In this document: positions 39,129-46,856 of the stretch, in pieces | Position numbering within the stretch: the stretch's first letter is position 1 | Layout: each line of letters begins with the position of its first letter | Assembly (NCBI GenBank): GCA_043812155.1 | Contig: JBDRMK010000017.1 | Location: 146,509 to 210,508 of the forward strand | DNA: 64,000 bases | From: Patescibacteria group bacterium | GTDB lineage: Bacteria > Patescibacteriota > Patescibacteriia > JAXHNJ01 | Direction of reading: 5' to 3' | Notes under the pieces: generated by a model | What the model saw: only the letters and a program-made list of their open reading frames with translations | Told to the model about the DNA's origin: nothing | Database searches by the model: none | Position numbers and translations under genes: made by a program

Positions 39129-42100
39129 TTAAGGAATAATCAATTGCCAGCCGATTTGAATAACGCCAGGATTAGTGGACAAAGTCGGATAAACGGATTT
39201 ATTCGCTTCAATAATCTTGGTGTAATCGCTTCCCTTGCCGTAGAATCTTTCGGCAATCTTCCATAATGAATCGCCGGCGACCGCTTGGTATCTGACGCCC
39301 GAAGCAAACTGATAAACAGTCGGCAAAGACTCGACCGCTGATTTTTCCTGGATGAAATCCACGGCGTTGGAAATTCTTGAGGCCTCGCCCGATGAACTGA
39401 AAGCCTGGGTCGTAACGCTGTGGCTGCCTTCCTGCAAATCGGAAAGCGGCAAAGTGTAGGCAAAAGAAGCGGTATTGTTACTGACGCTGTTGGTGACATT
39501 AAACTCGCCGACATATTCACCGTCCACGTAAACCTTGATCAAAGAATCATTGTAAGCGACACCGCGAATGATGACTGTCGGGTTATCACCATCAGTGAAA
39601 ATGGGTTTTAAAAGCGTCGGGGTGATGTAAGGTAAGTCCACGGTGAAGGTGATTTTCGGCGAACGCTCGGAATAAACGCCGGCCGTGTTTCTGGCAATGG
39701 TATAAACGGTATGAGTCCCCTTGTTTAAATTACTCTTTAACTTATAAGCGAAAGAGCCAGTGCCGGAAGTATGGTTAGTGCTTAAAACCGTTCCGATCAT
39801 ATCGCTGTCAATAAAAATAAAGATGGTATTATTTGAGCGAGCCAAGCCGGTGATCGTCGGTAAAACCGTATCAACCGTTGAATTATCCGTAGGATAAATC
39901 AAAGTCGGTGAAGCCAGATAAACTTCCTCCTCCGATTCTTCAGCTGCTTCCTCGTTGGTTGCGAAAGTCGCGTCCGCGTCAAAAGTGGTGGTGTTGCCCG
40001 TGCTTAAAACTTCATAATGATAAGTGCTGCCGGCGGTCAATCCAGTGATAGTGATGGAGTGGCTGACGGTTAAATTACTGTCGTATATTTCACTACCGTA
40101 AGCGGTGGTCAAACCGTATCTGACTTTGGAATCGGCGGCGTGATTGGTTGTCCAGGTCACCTTGACCGAAGTCGTGCTTAGGGCTTCTGACTGGACGTTG
40201 GTAATAACTGTGGGCTCTAAAGTTGAAGTGGCAAAACTCTGGCTGGAATAAACGGATTCGTTGTTTGCCCGGTCTTTGGCCACTGGCTTGACATAATAAG
40301 TCTGGCCGGCGGAAAGGCCGGTTAAAGTCGCGGAATGCGTCGTGGTTAAATTGGAATCTTCGGTCGTGGTATTGCCCAGACTGTCAGTCAGGCCCCAGGC
40401 AACCTGCGTTTTTGTCGCTTCATCTGTTTGCCAAGTCACCACGGCGGTAAAAGTGGTGGTATCAATATCAAAATTAGAAACCGTGGCCGGAATCGTATCC
40501 TTTAAAACATAGAAACCGTCATTCAAAACTTCCCTGTAATTGCCGGCTGTGTCATAAACCCGGAAAGAAACATAATTTGTCCCTTGCTGTAAACCGCTAA
40601 AATTCACGGCCCAGGGCGTGGTATAAGAAGTTGCGTCATCCGTATAAATATTGGTCCAGCTAAGAATATCGCTTCCGCCCTGACTGGTGCCGATGGCATA
40701 CTGGGCGTAATCCAAAGGCGCGCCGCCGTTGGAAAGGAAAGATACCGGATAAGTCGTGCCGGCTGTATTGCGCCAGGTATCATCTCCGGTCTGATTATTT
40801 ACGACTTCCGGTGAAGTCACGTCTACTTTATAGGGCCCTAGATCCAAAGTCGCGCCGGCATCAGCGGCAACATCATCGCCGTTATAGGCCTTAACATGCA
40901 AATACCAACTCCCCTCGCTGGTCGCGGTTAATTCTTTGGTGTCTGAAGACCATTGGGTTTCTGTGTCGTTAAAGACGTATGTTTCATTTTGGTTCCAGAC
41001 ATAACGATAGTATTGGACTCCGCCGGCCCCAAAGCCGGCTTCATTGGTGAATGTAAAATTTAAATCATTTGTCCAAGCACTTTCTGTCCCATCTGAAGTA
41101 ACATCAGCGGCAGCCGCTAAAGTATATTTAGCTTCGCCGGCAATGGCGCCGTTTTCTTCACTATCGCCATTTCTGGTTTTGGCGTCAAAAGTATATTCGG
41201 TGTTGGCGACTAATCCGCTTTTCTCCCAGGTATTGGTCTGCAGCCAGCCGGAGTTGGTGGCCGTGGCGCTTTCAGTAAAATATATCCCAGAAGTACCGGA
41301 AGCTAGATTGGAAATTAACCCTTTACTAGAAACAGTAATAGCATTTTTGCCTACTGAATCAAATGATAAACCAGTTGGAGATTCAATGGAAGTATAAACA
41401 CTCCGATTATCAGTATTATCCGTGTTACAGGAATTTTGCGCCTGAAGATACCGGGTATATTGTGTGTTAGCGGATAAAGAATTTTCCTGCCAAGAAACAG
41501 TGTTAGCCGCCAAATCGCCGGATTTATTATTATTACCCGTATCCATTACCCGATAGTTAGCTTCATCAGAAATATCTTCCCAACTCCAGGTGATTGAACT
41601 TTCAGTCTGGCTAGAATGTCCAAGATAACTTCCTTCAGGTGACACTGGCATACTAACTAAAGGATTAACCGTAATAGTTTTTGTTAAAGAATCATAATAA
41701 TCTTCCGAAGGAAAAGGGACAACAACTCTGAATTTGATGGTTTGAGTACCGGCTGAGTTCCCATACACCGTCTTACTCCAAGTTGCTGTTTCAGGACTAG
41801 ATGAGCCATAATACGTGCCTGATGAAACCTTAATAGGCGTTGAAGTTGTCATCGCACTGCCGTTTACTAAACCAAGATACTCGGTTGAAGTAGTACAAGT
41901 CGTTCCCGGTGCACTGTCTCTAAAATATCCGGAAAAAGTAAATGAGGCACCTTTGCAAATCGTCTGATCTGAAGCCGGTGCCGTGACAGTAACGGTATAT
42001 GGTTCCGTACAAGTAATTGCCGCTTGCACAGTCGATATTTTAAAGTTAAATATAAAAAATGATGTAGCCAAGCCAATGAAAGTCAAAAACACCGTGAAAA

Positions 42101-42362
42101 AGCTCAAGGCGTATTTTTTGTAGGTTAAATACCGGGAATAAGAAACAATAAATTCGCCTTTTTCATCCCGGCCGGCTAAACTGGAAAAACTGTCATAAGG
42201 GAGATTTTTCAGGAAATGGGGCAAATAAGCCAGACTGAATAGGATTTCCTGAAAAATGACTGGCAAACACTTAAGACAGCGCTTTATCCCTTTTGGTGTT
42301 TCATTAAAGCACTTTAACCGCTTTTTATGGGCATTGTAAGTTTTTATTAGCAAATTATCCAT
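39129..42362 (-). CDS. giant cell-surface protein: N-terminal TM anchor, multiple FN3/Ig-like domains, conserved Big-like module, C-terminal LysM
   Basis: 1077 aa. FN3 segment and the C-terminal 250 aa are paralogous to 33350..36880. The LysM tails are about 85% identical at nucleotide level. Confidence 0.75.
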   Translation of the reverse strand: MDNLLIKTYNAHKKRLKCFNETPKGIKRCLKCLPVIFQEILFSLAYLPHFLKNLPYDSFSSLAGRDEKGEFIVSYSRYLTYKKYALSFFTVFLTFIGLATSFFIFNFKISTVQAAITCTEPYTVTVTAPASDQTICKGASFTFSGYFRDSAPGTTCTTSTEYLGLVNGSAMTTSTPIKVSSGTYYGSSSPETATWSKTVYGNSAGTQTIKFRVVVPFPSEDYYDSLTKTITVNPLVSMPVSPEGSYLGHSSQTESSITWSWEDISDEANYRVMDTGNNNKSGDLAANTVSWQENSLSANTQYTRYLQAQNSCNTDNTDNRSVYTSIESPTGLSFDSVGKNAITVSSKGLISNLASGTSGIYFTESATATNSGWLQTNTWEKSGLVANTEYTFDAKTRNGDSEENGAIAGEAKYTLAAAADVTSDGTESAWTNDLNFTFTNEAGFGAGGVQYYRYVWNQNETYVFNDTETQWSSDTKELTATSEGSWYLHVKAYNGDDVAADAGATLDLGPYKVDVTSPEVVNNQTGDDTWRNTAGTTYPVSFLSNGGAPLDYAQYAIGTSQGGSDILSWTNIYTDDATSYTTPWAVNFSGLQQGTNYVSFRVYDTAGNYREVLNDGFYVLKDTIPATVSNFDIDTTTFTAVVTWQTDEATKTQVAWGLTDSLGNTTTEDSNLTTTHSATLTGLSAGQTYYVKPVAKDRANNESVYSSQSFATSTLEPTVITNVQSEALSTTSVKVTWTTNHAADSKVRYGLTTAYGSEIYDSNLTVSHSITITGLTAGSTYHYEVLSTGNTTTFDADATFATNEEAAEESEEEVYLASPTLIYPTDNSTVDTVLPTITGLARSNNTIFIFIDSDMIGTVLSTNHTSGTGSFAYKLKSNLNKGTHTVYTIARNTAGVYSERSPKITFTVDLPYITPTLLKPIFTDGDNPTVIIRGVAYNDSLIKVYVDGEYVGEFNVTNSVSNNTASFAYTLPLSDLQEGSHSVTTQAFSSSGEASRISNAVDFIQEKSAVESLPTVYQFASGVRYQAVAGDSLWKIAERFYGKGSDYTKIIEANKSVYPTLSTNPGVIQIGWQLIIP

Positions 42363-42507
42363 CCTTAATAATTACCACTAAATATAGCTAGCTAAAATTG
42401 GGCAATTAATACGCCCTTATATATATTATACGCTAAAATTAGCCATTTGTCAAGAGCAAATAAGCTAAAACTTGATATTTATTCATATTTAATTTATCCT
42501 TTTAAAT

Positions 42508-42762
42508 ATGAGCAAGGATAAAAAAAGAAAATTTCAAGCTATTATTAACCAAAATCAGTTTGTTAACCTTCAGAATTCTAAAAATACTGAATCTTCAAAA
42601 ATAAAAGAAACAACAGATAGATTTTTAAGAAGTGATCTGCTAAAGGTATTCGGTCTCGCTATTAGTATTATTGCCATTTATATTGTTCTATTTTTTTATG
42701 ATTCAAACACAGGAAAAATTACTGTTTTTGCGGAAAAAATTTCTAATGTACTTATAAAATAA
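42508..42762 (+). CDS. small membrane protein (hypothetical)
   Basis: 84-aa ORF with one TM helix in a 28% GC segment. Weak support. Confidence 0.3.
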   Translation: MSKDKKRKFQAIINQNQFVNLQNSKNTESSKIKETTDRFLRSDLLKVFGLAISIIAIYIVLFFYDSNTGKITVFAEKISNVLIK

Positions 42763-42890
42763 TTTTGCGACACATTATTTTGTCTAATAATAGCGAAATA
42801 TAGTAATTTATATCATCTATTTTCGGAAATATTGTTAATTTTACATGGATTTTTAATGAAAATTCATCTAATATTAGCCTCAAAATGACC

Positions 42891-42912
42891 AAATGTTCCA
42901 CGTGGAACATTT
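42891..42912. promoter_or_regulatory. perfect 22-bp palindrome AAATGTTCCACGTGGAACATTT upstream of tRNA-Arg
   Basis: Read directly from the sequence. Lies 14 nt upstream of the tRNA start. Candidate operator or protein-binding site. Confidence 0.4.
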
Positions 42913-42925
42913 TTAAAACCTAATA

Positions 42926-42997
42926 CGCCCCCATAGTTCAACGGATAGAACAATCCCGTCCTAAGGGATGGATCTGGGTTCAATTCCTGGTGGGGGC
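42926..42997 (+). tRNA. tRNA-Arg (anticodon CCT), no encoded CCA
   Basis: Acceptor GCCCCCA/TGGGGGC, anticodon loop GTCCTAA, T-loop TTCAATT. Confidence 0.75.
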
Positions 42998-43039
42998 ATA
43001 ATAATCATCGATTCTCGTAGTGAACACCGCTATTCGCGA

Positions 43040-43150
43040 ATGGCGGGGTGAACGAAGATCCCGCAACCCAAAGTGGTGCGGGACTGGTGGGGGCATATCC
43101 CCTGCCCTAAATTATTATTAATCAGCAGGGGATTAAACAAATAATACGGG
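43040..43150 (+). other. tRNA-trailer element with a copy of the tRNA-Arg(CCT) acceptor 3' strand (ACTGGTGGGGGCAT), then a 9-bp hairpin
   Basis: Hairpins CCGC...GCGG and CCCGCA...TGCGGG, then CTGGTGGGGGCA (43084-43095) matching the tRNA 3' end, then ATCCCCTGC...GCAGGGGAT. Confidence 0.45.
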
Positions 43151-43152
43151 GA

Positions 43153-43200
43153 TATAGTACAGTGGCAGTACGCGGCATTCGCACCCGCCTCCCGGAGTAC
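43153..43200 (+). other. partial tRNA-like 5' fragment (acceptor + D-arm + anticodon-arm-like) with no T-arm
   Basis: GGGGATATAGTACAGTGGCAGTAC-GCGGCATTCGCACCCGC shares GCATTCGCA with the adjacent tRNA-Ala anticodon arm. Confidence 0.35.
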
Positions 43201-43273
43201 GGGCCGTTAGCTCAGTTGGTAGAGCGTCGCATTCGCATTGCGAAGGTCGGGAGTTCGAATCTCCCACGGTCCA
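43201..43273 (+). tRNA. tRNA-Ala (anticodon CGC), no encoded CCA
   Basis: G3:U70 identity pair, anticodon loop TTCGCAT, T-arm GGGAGTTCGAATCTCCC. Confidence 0.8.
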
Positions 43274-43365
43274 TTGCCCGTACGGCGGTCAGGTTGCCGA
43301 GACTCAGGGAAGACTCCCGGTATCTCCACCAAATATTAGCAGTTAGGCTCATTGTGTGAAAATTT

Positions 43366-43443
43366 GGGGTTTCCCGCCACAAAAAACAAGAAAAGGGGCA
43401 GGACCCCGCCAGCTGGCGGTGGCGAGTCCCCTCGGGTCCACCA
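43366..43443 (+). repeat. 78-nt structured repeat ending in ...GGGTCCACCA (tRNA-Ala acceptor 3' strand + CCA), copy 1
   Basis: About 90% identical to 44125-44202. Outer stem GGGGTTTCCCGCCAC/GTGGCGAGTCCCC, inner hairpins GGGGCAGGACCCC and palindrome CGCCAGCTGGCG. Confidence 0.6.
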
Positions 43444-43468
43444 AGTATATATTTTACATTAATAGATC

Positions 43469-43741
43469 ATGAAATTTGACGCATTTCTACTTGTATATTA
43501 TTTTGCCGGTGTTATTCAAGATTTTTTGCTAACACTAAATTGGCGCTATGTCGCAAAAGAAAAGGCGTTGTTAGCTTCTGTATTTTTATTTTCTACGATG
43601 TTCGTAACAATGGTTGTTTTATATAATATCTTTACTCGGTTAGATAACGAAAGAAGTATATTAGCTATAATAGTCTATTCACTAGGTGTTTGCACCGGCA
43701 CATTTTTAGGAGTAAAAATGAAAATTGGCCATAAATTGTAA
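43469..43741 (+). CDS. small 3-TM membrane protein (hypothetical)
   Basis: 90-aa ORF in an AT-rich segment between tRNA-associated repeats. Confidence 0.35.
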   Translation: MKFDAFLLVYYFAGVIQDFLLTLNWRYVAKEKALLASVFLFSTMFVTMVVLYNIFTRLDNERSILAIIVYSLGVCTGTFLGVKMKIGHKL

Positions 43742-43785
43742 ATTTGTATTAATTACTCTATAATGTGCTTACATTATCAATAATT

Positions 43786-44032
43786 CTGGGCCTCTAGCTC
43801 ATTTGGTATCCCTGGCCCTATGGTCCGGCCCCTGGCAGAGCCGGGATCCCGGTTAAAAAACCAGGGAGACCCCGGCGCAAAGCGCCAGGGGGAGCGCTGT
43901 AAATTAAACAATTTATTAATATAATTTTGGGCCTCTAGCTCATTTTCCGCCAAAGGCGGATCCGCGCTCCGTCGCCCAAGCTATGGAGCGTCGGCGACCT
44001 CTGGCGGAGGATAGAGCGCCCCGCACTTTTTT
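43786..44032 (+). other. two truncated tRNA 5' fragments (GGGCCTCTAGCTCATTT...) within a GC-rich structured spacer
   Basis: At 43789 and 43930 the first about 20 nt resemble a tRNA acceptor/D-arm. The full tRNA-Ala at 44033 begins GGGCCTGTGGCGC. Confidence 0.4.
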
Positions 44033-44105
44033 GGGCCTGTGGCGCAACTGGTAGCGCGCCTCCATGGCATGGAGGAGGTTGTGGGTTCGAGACCCATCAG
44101 GTCCA
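44033..44105 (+). tRNA. tRNA-Ala (anticodon GGC), no encoded CCA
   Basis: G3:U70, anticodon loop ATGGCAT, T-arm GTGGGTTCGAGACCCAT. Confidence 0.8.
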
Positions 44106-44124
44106 GAAAAGTGCGGGGAGATGA

Positions 44125-44202
44125 GGGGTTTCCCGCCACAAAAAATTAAAAAAGAGGCGGGACCCCGCCAACTGGCGGTGGCGATCCCCCTGAGGTCCAC
44201 CA
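44125..44202 (+). repeat. 78-nt structured repeat ending in ...GAGGTCCACCA, copy 2
   Basis: See copy 1. Lies immediately downstream of tRNA-Ala(GGC). Confidence 0.6.
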
Positions 44203-44204
44203 AT

Positions 44205-44240
44205 AAAAAAACAGCTTTTTCCGTTAATAGCTGTTTTTTT
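44205..44240. terminator. bidirectional hairpin terminator
   Basis: AACAGCT/AGCTGTT stem flanked by A7 and T7. Confidence 0.6.
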
Positions 44241-44242
44241 GT

Positions 44243-44857
44243 TTATTTATGCGCGTACAAAGTAGGATGCATTATATAACCGATTTCCGTCAAAAAACCA
44301 ATTTGACAAAGCATCGGTTTCAATATTTCCCCGGTTTTTTGGCCCATACGCTCATGATAACAGGCGATAGCAAAATTTTTAGTAATTTCCAGCATTTTTC
44401 GCATACCTTCAAAAGCTTCCAATTCAGAGCCTTCGATATCCATTTTTACAAAATCTATTGTAATTAACCCAATTTTAGTAATTTCATTATCAAGGGTAGT
44501 TGTTTGAATTTTTATCCCTGCTGACTGATTATTTACAATCGATTTTGAATTATTTGGAAAAAAATTTGTTTGGCCTATTTTATTTAAAATTGCTTTATTT
44601 ATAAGAATAATATTACTAAAGTTTGAATTTTGTACATTTTTTTGCAAAATATTAAAATTTTGCGGATCCGGTTCAAAGGCAATCACTTTTCCTTTTTTAC
44701 CCACTTTTTTTGCCGCCATAAGAGTAAAGCCGCCTAAGTATGCCCCAGCGTCAATAATAATATCCCCTTCCTTTATCTTATATTTTCTTAGAAAACCATA
44801 ACTTGTAACCGCGGTGCCGAAATAATCCAGGCTTTTTTTAATAAAGACACTAATCAT
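44243..44857 (-). CDS. FkbM-family SAM-dependent methyltransferase
   Basis: IIDAGAYLGGFTL SAM motif and FkbM-domain pattern. About 33% GC, lower than surrounding genes. Confidence 0.7.
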   Translation of the reverse strand: MISVFIKKSLDYFGTAVTSYGFLRKYKIKEGDIIIDAGAYLGGFTLMAAKKVGKKGKVIAFEPDPQNFNILQKNVQNSNFSNIILINKAILNKIGQTNFFPNNSKSIVNNQSAGIKIQTTTLDNEITKIGLITIDFVKMDIEGSELEAFEGMRKMLEITKNFAIACYHERMGQKTGEILKPMLCQIGFLTEIGYIMHPTLYAHK

Positions 44858-44995
44858 AATTATAAGTATACTCCTTGTTTGAACTTATAAAAATGGTTTA
44901 GTAACACCCCCCCCTCGAAAAAGATATCTTTGCTAAAAACTCTTGACTTCATGTTCTAATCTGCTCCCCCCTCGCGTTTTTTATTATTTGAATAT

Positions 44996-45024
44996 TTGAC
45001 TTAACAGTAATATACGCATATAAT
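44996..45024 (+). promoter_or_regulatory. consensus sigma70 promoter TTGACT-17-TATAAT for the csoR-trxA operon
   Basis: Exact hexamers with 17-nt spacing, about 70 nt upstream of the CsoR start. Confidence 0.6.
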
Positions 45025-45092
45025 ATAGATACTCCCCCCCAGTATACCCCCCCTACACTAATTAAGCTAAATACAGCCAAAAAATAAAAAAT

Positions 45093-45347
45093 ATGAAACA
45101 ATCGCCTGTTAAATCACGCCTCCACCGTTTAGTTGGACAAATTCAAGGCGTGGAAAAGATGATGGAAAGCAACCGCGACTGCCAGGAAATTATCCAGCAG
45201 CTCATGGCGGCCCGGGCTTCTTTGGAAAAAATCTGCTTGGCTATTCTTCACGACGAAACTTCCAGCTGTTTTATCGGCCAAAAAAACTCCAAGGAAAAAT
45301 TAAAAGATCTGGAATATATCACCCATAATTTATTTAAAATTAAATAA
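45093..45347 (+). CDS. CsoR/RcnR/FrmR-family metal-sensing transcriptional repressor
   Basis: 84 aa with LVGQIQGVEKMMESNRDCQEIIQQLMAARASLEKI matching the DUF156 helix pattern, including the Cys in helix 2. Confidence 0.7.
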   Translation: MKQSPVKSRLHRLVGQIQGVEKMMESNRDCQEIIQQLMAARASLEKICLAILHDETSSCFIGQKNSKEKLKDLEYITHNLFKIK

Positions 45348-45358
45348 AGGAAAATTTT

Positions 45359-45682
45359 ATGTCCGAAATCACTTTAACCGACCAAAACTTTGAAGCCGAA
45401 GTATTAAAAGAAGAAAATATGCCCATTTTGGTTGATTTTTGGGCCACCTGGTGCGGACCTTGCCAGATGCAGGGCCCGATTATCGAAAAACTGGCGGAAG
45501 AAATGACAGGCAAAGCAAAAGTGGGAAAAATTGATGTGGATCAAAGTCCGAATATGGCGGAAAAATTCGGGGTGAAAAGTATACCCACTCTGATGATTTT
45601 CAAAAAAGGGGAAATAGTTTGGCAATCAACGGGCTTACAGACCCAAGATAAGCTCATGGTGGAATTGAATAAACATATTTAG
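45359..45682 (+). CDS. trxA: thioredoxin
   Basis: WATWCGPCQM active site, 107 aa. Confidence 0.9.
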   Translation: MSEITLTDQNFEAEVLKEENMPILVDFWATWCGPCQMQGPIIEKLAEEMTGKAKVGKIDVDQSPNMAEKFGVKSIPTLMIFKKGEIVWQSTGLQTQDKLMVELNKHI

Positions 45683-45714
45683 CACATTAGACTTATAATT
45701 AAAAACACTGGATA

Positions 45715-45860
45715 AATTACAAATTTCAATACCCAAATTACAAATAAATTCCAATGCCCAAAATCTCAAAATCCAAAACGACGCAACGGTTTCGGTCATT
45801 AGGTAATTGGAATTTCGATTTTATTTGAATTTTGTTTTTTGTAATTTGGAATTTTTAATT
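45715..45860. repeat. AT-rich palindromic repeat (AAATTCCAATG family), copy with internal inverted duplication
   Basis: Left arm ...AAATTCCAATGCCCAAAAT..., right arm ...AATTGGAATTTCGATTTT.... Homologous to 9115-9200 and 23665-23790. Confidence 0.6.
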
Positions 45861-45901
45861 GAATAAATAGGATTAGCTTAACAAAAAAAACTAACATAAC
45901 T

Positions 45902-46846
45902 ATGAAATATGACGTCATAATCGTTGGCGCCGGGGCGGCCGGTCTATCCGCCGCCCTTTATACCAGCCGCCGAAATTTAAAAACCTTAGTTATATCAGAA
46001 GATATCGGCGGCCAAGGAGCAATGGCGGGCACGATCGAAAATTATCCCGGGCTGGAAGAGACGACCGGGCCGAAACTGATGACGGAATTTTACAGCCAGG
46101 CCCAAAAATTCGGGGCGGAAATAAAGACCGAAGAGGTTTTAAGCATTCAAAAAAAAGAGGATAAATTCCTGGTCAAAACCAATACCAAAGAATCAACCGC
46201 TTCAGCCGTAATTCTTGCTTTCGGACTTTCTCACCGTCATCTGAACGTGCTGGGCGAGGAAAAATTCATCGGCAAAGGCGTGGCCTACTGCGCCACTTGC
46301 GACGCTCCGCTTTACAAAGGGAAAACCGCGGCCGTGGTCGGCGGAGGAAATTCGGCCCTGGACGCCGCCTTGCTTTTGGCCAAAAATTCGCCGAAAGTAT
46401 ATTTAATTTATCGGGGCGATAAATTATCAGGCGAAGATATATTGATCAAGCAAATACTAAGCCAGCCGAATATTGAAGTGTTGTTCAAAACTCAAATAAC
46501 GGAAATCAAAGGCGAAGCGAGCGTCAATAAAATCGTGATTTCCCAGAATAATCAGGAAAAAGAACTGGAAACCGCCGGCGTTTTCGTGGAAATCGGCTAT
46601 GAAGTAAAGTCTGATTTTATAAAAGGCCTGGTCAGTCAAGATGAAAAAAAACAAATAATCATTGACTTGGATGGAAAAACTTCCGAGGAAGGAATTTTCG
46701 CCGCTGGCGATGTCACCAACATCTCTTTTAAACAGGTGATTATTTCCGCGGGCGAAGGAGCGAAAGCGGCTCTTTCCTGCCATAAATACCTGCAGTCCCA
46801 AGGATTGACCAAGGGAGTCTTTATTGATTGGGGTAAGAAAAAATAA
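45902..46846 (+). CDS. trxB: thioredoxin-disulfide reductase
   Basis: FAD motif GAGAAG, redox-active CATC, NADPH motif GGGNSA. Confidence 0.9.
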   Translation: MKYDVIIVGAGAAGLSAALYTSRRNLKTLVISEDIGGQGAMAGTIENYPGLEETTGPKLMTEFYSQAQKFGAEIKTEEVLSIQKKEDKFLVKTNTKESTASAVILAFGLSHRHLNVLGEEKFIGKGVAYCATCDAPLYKGKTAAVVGGGNSALDAALLLAKNSPKVYLIYRGDKLSGEDILIKQILSQPNIEVLFKTQITEIKGEASVNKIVISQNNQEKELETAGVFVEIGYEVKSDFIKGLVSQDEKKQIIIDLDGKTSEEGIFAAGDVTNISFKQVIISAGEGAKAALSCHKYLQSQGLTKGVFIDWGKKK

Positions 46847-46856
46847 ATAAATAAAT

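Noticed and set aside
43940-44203. 87-aa minus-strand ORF across the tRNA-Ala(GGC) region
   Set aside because: It overlaps a tRNA gene and structured repeats on the opposite strand.
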